The notes beneath the pieces were generated by a model. That model was given only the letters and a program-made list of their open reading frames with translations. It did no database searches and was not told where the DNA came from. From Heptranchias perlo (lineage: Eukaryota), in NCBI RefSeq assembly GCF_035084215.1, contig NC_090357.1, forward strand, positions 5,022,001 through 5,086,000: a DNA stretch of 64,000 nucleotides, read 5' to 3'. The position numbers and the translations under genes are program-made. This document shows, piece by piece, positions 24,216 to 34,400 of the stretch; within the stretch, counting starts at the first letter, position 1; each line of letters opens with the position of its first letter.

Positions 24216-24769
24216 ATAGAACCATCGGCAGTTCTCTCTTAAAGGGACCGTGACCTCTGGGAATTAAAGGGACTGCAATCCCAGGAATTAAAATGACAGT
24301 CACTCTGGGAATTAAAGAGAAAGTTAGGATGCTTTTTGTTAATAAAACCATAAGGAGGCACTGGTCAAATAAAACTACAAAAACGTAACAAAAGTGCCTC
24401 CTTTTTAGAGGGGCACAGTTACTAGAGAACTAAACCATAAGACAAAGGAAACTTCTAAAATTAAATAATAAAGTTACACCTAGTTCCAATATGCGGTGCC
24501 CATGGAAAGTTTGTATGGGAATTAAAGGGGAGGTTAACCGTGGGAATTAAACAGACTGCATTTAACTCAGCTGACTCAGTAGGTGGCGCTCTCTCGCATC
24601 CGGTCAAAAGTTTGTGGGTTCAACCCCACCCCAGGACTCAGACTAAGCTCGAATGCCAATGCAATGTTGGGGGAATGCTGAATTGTTGGAGGTACAGTCC
24701 TTCTCTGGAAAATTCCACTCCGCCCCCATCAAACCATCAGTAACCCTATGTATTTATCAAATCATCAGG

Positions 24770-26273
24770 TAATCCTCGTGTTCAAATCCCTCTATGCCCT
24801 CACTGACCCCCCCCCCCATCTCTGTAACCTCCTCCAGCCCTACAACCCTCCGAGATCACTGCACTCCTCCAATTCTGGCCTCTTGTGCATCCCTGATTTT
24901 CATCGCTCCACCATTGGTGGCCGTGCCTTCAGCTGCCTAGGCCCTAAGCTCTGGAATTCGCTCCCTAAACCTCTCTGCCTCTCTACCTCTCTCTCCTCCT
25001 TTATGATGCTCCTTAAAACTCACCTCTTTGATCAAGCATTCAGTCGCCTGTCCTAATATCTTCATATGTGGCTTGGTCATAGAATCATAGAAATTTACGG
25101 CACTGATGAAGTCCAAGCGGCCCATCGTGTCTGTGCGAGCTGAGAAAGAGCTAACCAGCCTAATCCCACTTTCCAGCTCTTGGTCCGTAGCCTTTTAGGT
25201 TACGGCACTTCAAGTGCACATCCAAGTACTTTTTTAATTGCGATGAGGGTTCTTGTCTCTACCACTCTTTCAGGCAGTGAGTTCCAGACCCCTTACCACC
25301 CTCTGGGTGAAAAAGTTTCTCCTCAGCTCCCCTCTAATCCTTCTACCAATTACTTTAAATCTATGCCCCCCTTTTGTTACCTCTCTGCTAAGGGAAATAG
25401 GTCCTCCCTATCCACTTTATCTAGGTCCCTCATAATTTTATACATCTCAATTAAATCTCCCCTCAGCCTTCTCTGTTCCGAAGAAAATAACCCCAGCCTA
25501 TCCAATCTTTCCTCATGGCTAAAATTCTCCAGTCCTGGCAACATCCTCGTAAATCTCCTCTGCATCCTCTCTAGTGCAATCACATCTTTCCCGTAATGTG
25601 GTGACCAGAACTGTACGCAGTACTCTAGGTGTGGCCTAACTAATGTTTTACACAGTTCTAGCATAATCTCCCTGCTCTTATATTCTATGCCTTGGCTAAT
25701 AAAGGAAAGTATCCCGTATGCCTTCTTAACCACCTTATCTACCTGTCCTGCTACGTTCAGGGATCTGTGGACATGCACTCCAAGAACCCTCTGTTCCTCT
25801 ACACCTCTCAGTATCCTCCCATTTATTGTGTACTCCCTTGCCTTGTTTGCCCTCCCCAAATGCATTACTTCACACCTCTCTGGTTTGAATTGCATTTGCC
25901 AGTCCATTGATATCTCCCTGCAGTCTACAGCTTTCCTCCTCACTATCAACTACATGGCCAATTTTTGTATCATCTGCAAACTTCTGAATTATGCCCCCTA
26001 CATTTAAGTCTAAACCATTGATATAAAGCACAAAAAGCAAGGGACCTAGTACTGAGCCCTGCTGAACAGTCATAAAAACACCCGTCGCCCATTACCCTTT
26101 GCTTCCTGAGCCAATTTTGGATCCAACTTGCCACTTTCCCTTGGATCCCATGGGCTTTTATTTTCTGCCAAAAATAGGTCTCAAAAATTGGTGCCAAAAT
26201 TTGTTTGAAACGCTCCTGTGAAGCGCCTCGGGACATTTTACTATGTTAAAGGCACATTATAAATGCAACTTGT
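24770..26273 (+). mobile_element. L2-clade LINE 3' fragment split by the CR1 insertion (about 24770-25076 plus 26188-26273)
   Basis: LLQPYNPPRSLHSSNSGLL...GGRAFSCLGPKLWNSLP; the tail TGTGAAGCGCCTCGGGAC...ATAAATGCAACTTGTT resumes after the CR1. Confidence 0.8.
25077..26165 (-). mobile_element. CR1-clade LINE 3' fragment nested inside an L2-like element
   Basis: QGSVLGPLLFVLYIN...KFADDTKI...LVRPHLEYCVQFWSPHY; same family as 5615-6703; frameshifted. Confidence 0.9.
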
Positions 26274-27314
26274 TATATATAGAGACCTACAGACTGTTGT
26301 TGTTGTTGTCGTTGCTGTGATGTGTGATGCACGTGATGAGATACTTCAATACAATTGAATAATTGGTGGAATAACTCTATACACGTATGAAGCTGCTGCA
26401 CCACATGTACTGATTTGATACATCCCCTGGTTAGAGGATGAGGAGACACCAGTGCTAGTTATACTAGCAGCACCGCATTACTCTCTGCATGTGTGTGCTC
26501 ACACGCTCAAAGCTCTGCTCTCCACTGTCCAAATGTCAGTTAAATTTAAAATTAACAAAGAGCTGACAGGCGATTTGTTTGTTGAAAGCAATGCAGAGCT
26601 TTCAAATGTTCTGTTTTTTAAAAAAAATGTAAAACTACCTAATCCCAAAATCCCAAACAATCACTTGAGGACTTTTTAAAAGTTCACTTTGCTCTGGTTA
26701 TGATGCTACTGCTGTCGATCTGAGACCAAAATACAGTGAGATTGTCTCCTCAAAGTGTTTTCACAGTGGGACTTGCCAGAATTGAATCTGGCTGAATTCG
26801 CCTCTTGAGCTATTCTACACAACTTTATTTTATTAAAAAGGAAGAATTTGCTTTTAATTACATCTCTAGGGGCCAACTCCATGCACTTTACGTGCAACGA
26901 ACCGCTTCAATGTGCATTGTTACTGTTATAGTGTAAGCTAATGCGGCAGTCATTTCGCACAGAGAAAAAGTTGTGAGATGATAGCAGAAAATATTAGGAC
27001 TGAGGCACGCTCACTGCTTCTGCTCTTATGGTCAGTGAGGTCATTTAAACTCCCTGTATGTGTCCGTTGGCACAACCTAAATGATGGTAAGGTCAGACAG
27101 TCATGGGTTCAAGCTCACCTCTAGAGACTTGACCACATAATCTAGGTGGACACTTCAGTGCATTACTGAGGGAGTGATGCACAGTTAGACATGCCGTCTT
27201 TTGGATGAGATAGGAACAGGGGTAGGTCCTGTAGGTCTGAATGGCAGAATCGAATCTATTCTGCCATTCGATTAGATCATGGGTGACTTGTAACTGAATC
27301 CCTGTATCCCTGTA

Positions 27315-27672
27315 TGCCCTCACCTCACAAAAATCTATCAATCTCAATCTTGAAAATTTTAATTGACCCCCAGCATTCACAGCCTTTTGAGGCAGAGAGT
27401 TCCAGATCTCCATTCCCCTTTGTGTGAAAAAAGTGCTTCCTGATTTCACTCCTAAATAGCCTGGCTCTTACTTTAAAATGATGTCCCCTTGTCTTTGACT
27501 CCCCCACCAGAGGCAATAATTTCTCTGTATCTACCTTATTGAATCCTTTTATCATTTTAAACACTTTAATTCGATCACCCCTCAACCTTTTTAAACTCGA
27601 GGGAATACGAGCCAAGTCTATGCAACCTGTCCTCGTAACTTAACCCTTTCACCCCGGCATAATTCTGGTGAC
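27315..27672 (-). mobile_element. CR1 3' fragment (others at about 10205-10545, 19400-19840, 38340-38660, 45190-45730, 46335-46620, 52230-52655)
   Basis: RLRGDRIKVFKMIKGF...TRGHHFKV...RKHFF. Confidence 0.78.
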
Positions 27673-28259
27673 ACATCGCTCCTCACGCAAGCAGTGCTAA
27701 TTGGTTTGCTCAATTGATTGAGTGCCAGGTTTTAGATCAGCAGCACTTATGTTCAAATTGTGGTGAGGAACACCTCAACCTTACATCCTTTCAAAATAGA
27801 TAATGTTGGGAGGGATCAGGAGTCTATGCAGAGTTGGCTCTGCGCCAGTGAGGTGTAGACATTAGATGTTACGGTTTTCCCATGAACTTTCATCAGCAGC
27901 AAACTGAACATCAGAACTCAAGTAATGATTCCACCTGCCCCTTGTCCGATTTTGGACCTCGCAAAAGGTAGCAACCCTAAGTGGGTTAGCTGCTGTCCTC
28001 CTGGCCAGGCAAAGAAGCAGAAAATAAATTGAGTGCAACCAACAAAATGCTGTAAATATACAACAGAGCAGTCAGCATCTCTTTAAAAAAAAGAAAAGAC
28101 CAGTTAATGTTTGGAGTGCAGCCCTTCGCCAGTGGTTCCAGCATTTTCTGTTTTTTGTTTCAAACTTGCAGAATAAAAACGAAACGTTTACTTTTCCCCT
28201 CGGTTGGGTTTCCTCTCTGGACCTTTAAATTGTTAGAGGGGATTAGAGATGCTATTATT

Positions 28260-28294
28260 CATTCCTGCTCTAAGCCCCGCCTGTGAACTGTGAG
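28260..28294 (+). other. gkup: Possible non-coding first exon of gkup (5' end unknown)
   Basis: Donor GAG|GTAAGG at 28294/28295 and acceptor TTGTAG ending 28396, just upstream of the ATG; GC box CCCCGCC nearby. Confidence 0.45.
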
Positions 28295-28423
28295 GTAAGG
28301 ACGCAGTGCAGTGAGATGGGCCGTTCTGATAGACTGGGTGCTCTGGTAATATATTTGGGGTGATTGCAAACTTTGGTCAGTTTCATTGACTTGTAGCCCA
28401 GCCGGTTATTGGGGGTCGCCCCA

Positions 28424-28480
28424 ATGATCTGCGTACTTCTAGTCGCTGGACATGGGACATTGCTGGAGAGCGAGATCAAG
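28424..28480 (+). CDS. gkup: gkup coding exon 1
   Basis: MICVLLVAGHGTLLESEIK, donor GTGAAT. Confidence 0.9.
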
Positions 28481-31400
28481 GTGAATAACTCGCTTTATGA
28501 ACGTTGCATTTGTTTTGAGAACATTGATCCCTCCCGCACGGAACCGTTCTTATTGTCCAAGGCTCCCAAAGTAACCGTTCCGCCGCTGCCGGGCCTCTTT
28601 GGGACAGGGTTTAGGGCATGTCTGGAAGGGACTCTTGGATTTGGGGTTGTCTCCGTTCTCTACCCCGCTTCTTAGGCCTTCTTGTCGCATGTGAGTGTAT
28701 CTCAAGTCTTTGCGGTTGAGGTGGAACATGGCTGCAAACACTCGCCACGGGGCTGGACCCTTGGGGATTCTGGAATATTTTACAGCAAAGTTGGAAAAAA
28801 AAACAAAGCATAAACGGTGTGAAAAATGCAACATGGCTGTGACTTAACTCTTGTGCAGAGTTCTTGTCATGACCAAGTCCAAAGTCATACAAAGGGCAGG
28901 ATCATGGCTTTATCACTGAAAGCTTGTAAACAGAATCCCTGTAAATTATAATCAGCAACGGAAGACACAGTGGTAAAAATTGTAAAACATTTTTGTCAAC
29001 AATTTCACCTACCCTCAATCTCTCCTGACCCATTGACCCCTTGCTGGGGTAAGGTTCAGTGGCAAACAGGTGCCATAGAGGTTTCCAGCCCAGAATACCA
29101 ATTGGCTCATCCTGTCTTTGCTAGAACATTCCAAAACAAATCCCACTGCCTTGCCCTTCGATTCATATATGTGTGAACCAAGATAGCGGGTTGACAGGCT
29201 ATTCCATCACAACAACAACCTTGCATTTATATATAACCTTCAACATAGTAAAACACCCCAAGGCTCTTCACAGGAGCGTAATCAGACACAAAATTGACAC
29301 TGAGCCAAAGAAGGGGATACTGGGACAGGTGACCAAATGCTTGGTCAAAGAGGTAGGTTTTAAGGAGTGTCTTAAAGGAGGAGAGAGAGGCGGAGAGGTT
29401 TGGAGAGGGAATTCCAGAACTTAGGGCCCAGATGGCTGAAGGCACGGCCGCCAATGGTGGGGCGAAGGAAGTGGGGGAAGCGCAAGAGGCCAGAGTTGGA
29501 CGAGCGCAGAGATCTCGGAGGGTTGCAGAGCTGGAGGAGGTTACAGGGATAGGGGTGAGGCCATGGAGGGAATTGAACACGAGGATGAGAATTTTAAAAT
29601 CGAGGTGTTGCCGGACCAGGAGCCAACGTAGGTGTAACTAGAATAACTAACCTGCAGGTGGTGGAATAATTCAATACAAATATTTATGCTGTTGCACCAC
29701 ATGTGCTGATTTACTAAATCCCCTGTTTCGAGCATGAGGAAACACAGCTCTACATCACTCTCTGGCCAAATTAGGCTCCTGTGAACTGCCTTGGGACATT
29801 TTACTAAATTAAAGGCGCTATATAAATGCAAGTTGTTGTTTTTCCCTATGTCAGTGATTTTGAAACTTTTCTGTGTAGGCAACCCTGTGCGAATATTGAC
29901 ACACACCCAGGGACTCTTCAAATATCAACACTACTGGGGACCCCCCCCCTATCCTAATATCTAAAAGAGCACTCTTCTCCTTAGAGTGTATCATTGCAAC
30001 ATAAATAACATGTACTAAGTCAACAAATATAGAACAACAAAGTGATCTGATGACTGGGGGGGGTGGGAAAAATATGATGATCACAGGGACCCCTTGTTAC
30101 TTATTGTACACCTGCAATGGTCCAGGGACCTATGTTTGAAAATAGTGCCTATAGCCTCTTGGTCTGAACCTGTATGATATGATTCTAGTTCTCAGGGTAA
30201 CAGTGTTCCAGGTCTGTTTCATTCAGCAGATTATTAAGTGTGTTCACCACTGCCATGTAATATGCCCACTATGGCAGACTTACTGGAGCGATATCGCACT
30301 GCTGCCCCCTTGTTACAGAATTAAAGCAGTAAGTGCGGGTTTCAGTGAAACTGATCGCATACCTCGCAGGTAATTACACCTACTCCAGGACTAATTCCAG
30401 AAGCAGTTACATTTGTAACTGATCAGGCTCAACCTCTGATACCATCCAGTCAGGAAGAGAAAATGGAGCTGAACCAAATACCTCAAAGGTGCAAGGAATA
30501 ATAAATATTCTCCAAAATCAACTTTGCAACCTTTCAAATTTAAAAGAGCTGCATCACATTTAAGTTTTTTTTTGTGTTAGTTCTTTTCTAACATTAAAAG
30601 GCTGTGTGTATCTTGTATTTAATATGTTGCAATTTAAAAAAAAATCAACAGGACGTATTATTGCTTTTCAAAATACTTTTACTTTTAATTGATGGTACTG
30701 CAAAAAGCTTGTAAAGCTTTTCCTGTCACGCACTGCGGGATGAATGGAACAATTTGGCCATTATAATAATTCTGAAAGGAACTATCACCAGAAATGAAAA
30801 ATTTAAAGCTCACAAACATGAATAAAAATAAACTGAAAGACTGATGCACACTGTAAGAAGATAGCAGAACATATTAGGGATGTGATGTGCTCGGCCCACT
30901 CAATGTCCTGTCTATTTTTCTTTGTTAAAGACTGGCGTCATTCTTGGTGATAAATTTGAACAAAACTATCTGATTTGGTGGTTCTCAAACTTACCAAGAC
31001 TGGGCCTCACCAATAAACTCATCCTCTCCATGCACCTCTAATGACTGGTGATATAAAACTTTCCTCTTCCACTTATTTTTCACTCCTTTACTTCTATTTC
31101 TGCGGGTATTTGAGAGAGGTGGGATCTCAAACACAAATTATGGCGTCGTTGTTTTTAGATGCTTAAATGTTGCAAACTTCCCTCTAAAGTAACATTTTGC
31201 CTCTTATGTTTCCCATCCCTGAGGCCAGGAAGACCTGTAGCAGTTTGTCCTGAGGTGCCAGGACCAATAATGAGGAATAATGCAAACTGATTTTGTGCCA
31301 GTAGAGGGCAGATGTAATTCAGTGTGGATAGTAATTATAAAATAATTACTAAGGGAGCAAGGAATGAAAAGAGGGGGCGTCTGTTGAATGGAATGAGAGG

Positions 31401-34400
31401 GGGTGTCTGATTAATGGAATGAGAGGGGGTGTCTGATTAATGGAATAGTGGTACAGTTGCTGATCAGGAAAACGAGCTAGGGAATATATGGATAAATCTA
31501 TGAAACTTTCATCGTGTGGCTTAGCTGCAATAAAAGGACAAATCAGATACTGAGCTGGATAGGGAATAAATGAAAAAAGTTGTGTTATTGCTGCATAAAG
31601 CATTGGTTAGATCCCAAATAAAAACTAAAAATGCCGGTAACACTCAGCAGGCCAGGCAGCATCTGTGGCGAGTGAAACTGAGTTAACATTTCAGTGCTTC
31701 ACAGAGGCATAATCAAAAAAAATTATTCAATGCGAAGAAAGATTCAAATGCCAGAGGCACAAATTTAAAAATGAGCGAAATGAAAATAAAAACTGCAAAG
31801 GCTGAAAATATGAAACACAAACAGGAAACGCTGGAAATATACATCAGGTCTGTCAGTATCTGTAAGGAGAAAGGACAGGTTTACATTTCATATGTTCCGA
31901 TGAAAGAGCAACACCAAAAATGTTAATGTTTACAGACGCCAACCGAACTCTTGTGTATTTTAAGAATGAGTAAATTAGGCAAAAGATTTCCATCCAAAGG
32001 ACAATAGAGTTTGTGGACTGAGTTACCGGAGAGAGTCAATGAAGCAGGCAGTATTCAGGAGGTCATGAGGCAATTAGATTTGTCTGTCGTGGTCCACTCT
32101 GGCCTCTGAGTCAGAAGGTTGTGGGTTTAAGTCCCACTCCAGAGACTTGAGCGCAAAATCTAGGCTGACACCCTCTGCACTGTCGGAGGTGCCGTCTTTC
32201 AGATGAGACGTTAAACCGAGGCCCCGTCTGCCCTCTCAGGTGGACGTAAAAGATCCCGATGCACTATTTTGAAGAAGAGCAGGGGGAGTTCTCCCCGGTG
32301 TCCTGGCCAATATTTATCCCTCAACCAACATCACTAAAACAGATTAACTGGTCGTTATCACATTGCTGTTTGTGGGACCTTGCTGTGCATATATTGGCTG
32401 CTGCATTTCCTACATTACAACAGTGACTACACTTCAAACACACTTGATTTTTCTGTAAATTGGAATGTTCTGAGGTCGTGAAAGGTGTTATTTAAATGCC
32501 GTACTTTAAGTACTAATCTCTCATTTCCTGTGTGAAACAGTAAATAAGTATCATGTGCCTCTGGGCTGCTCTGCTATTATCTGCATAATTACTTTTCAGA
32601 ATGAAGTGACAGGCCTCTACTCTCACTTAGAGGGAATCCCGAAGGCTCTGTTACCTGGAGTCGGTGGGAAGAAGATCCTGGATTTCTGGTGGGAAGTTGT
32701 GAATATGTGAGTGGTTGTCGCTATCGTTCCTGCTTTCACCTGTAAGAGCAGCATGTTGAGATATTTAATTTTCAAATTTGTGACTTACCTGATTAAGATA
32801 TTTTGGCCAGGACTTGCAAATCTAGGAGAAGATTAGAAAGGAGGGGATGGTGGGGAGGGGAGCTGTGACTAGCGGAAAATGTGCGATGAAGAGAGGAGAT
32901 CTGATTCAACGTGTTCGACTAAAACTAGTTTTTTACACGGTTAAAAAGGATTGTGCAGTAACACCAGGTCAGTACAGTGCTTGACATCAATACTGTCTGA
33001 CAGGTTGTTGTTGCAGGCAGATATACAGGAAGATTTAACCAGGTCTCTTTCAGCCGTGGCTCAGTGGGTAGCGCTATTGCCTCTGAGTCAGAAGGTTCAA
33101 GTCCCATTCCAGAGACTTGAGCACAAAACCTAGGCCGACACACCAGTGCAGCACTGAGGGAGTGCTGCACTGTCAGAGGTGCCGTCTTTCAGCTGAGGCC
33201 CTATCTGCCCTCTCAGGTGGACGTAAAGGATCCCATGGCACTATTCGAAGAAGAGCAGGGGAGTTCTTCCCCGGTGTCCTGGCCATATTTATCCCTCAAC
33301 CAACATCACTGAAACAGATTATCTGGTCAAACGGCAATTGAGACTAGCTCAATTGCTAAATTTAAATCTGAGATAGATAGCTTTTTGGCAACCAAAGGTA
33401 TTAAGGGATATGGGCCAAAGGCAGGTATATAGAGCTGGATCACAGATCAGCCATGAACTGATCAAATGGCGGAGCAGGCACGAGGGGCTGAATGGCCTAC
33501 TCCTGTTCCTATGTTCCTATTATCTCATTGCCATTTGTGGGACCTTGCTGTGCCCGAATTGGCTGTTGCGTTTCCTGCATCACAACAGTGACTACACTTC
33601 AAAAAAGTGCTTATTTGCCTATAAAGCGCTTTGGGACATCTTGAGGTCATGAAAGGTGCTATATAAATGCAAGTTCTTTGTTCTATCTTTCTTTCTATGT
33701 ACCTCCCTATATGAAGTTGATTTTTACTTACCATATATTGGTGTGTTTTCTCCATACTGTTTGCAGGCGCCAGCTCTTCAGTGAGGTCTACCTCGTCACA
33801 AATGCAGACAAGTGAGTAGATCTCTTCTTTTTTCTAGCAAAGTCGCACGAAGTCAATAAAACAGAAGTGAAATACTGCGGATGCTGGAAATCTGAAATAA
33901 AGCCAGAAAATGCTGGAAACGCTCAGCAGGTCAGGCAGCATCTGTGGAGAGAGAAACAGAGTTATCGTTTCAGGTCCTTTCATCAGAACTGGAAGATGTT
34001 AGAGATTTAAAACAGCTTTTAAGCAAATGCAGAGCGAGGGAAAAGGGGGGATAAGAAAAGAATAAAAAAGAGGTCTGTGAAAGGGTGGAGGGTAGGAGTG
34101 ACATAAAAGTGGATTGAATCCATTCAAAAGGTTTGGACGGTATGTACCTGTAGAATAACAGAGACCTGGGAGTGAGCTATAGGCTGGAATCTAGTCGAGG
34201 GGTTTGGGGGGTTTATATATAGAATAACGGATACCCAGGAGTGAGTTACAGGCTGGAATCTAGTCGAGGGCTTTGTGGGGCTTATATATAGAATTTCGGA
34301 TACCCGGGAGTGAGTTACAGGCTGGAATCTAGTCGAGGGGTTTGGGGGGTTTATATATAGAAGTTCGGATACCCGGGAGTGAGTTACAGGCTGGAATCTA

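Noticed and set aside
33050-33120. tRNA-like sequences (GGCTCAGTGGGTAGC...GGTTCAAGTCCC) here and at other SINE heads
   Set aside because: They run directly into SINE bodies and lack a complete cloverleaf; not tRNA genes
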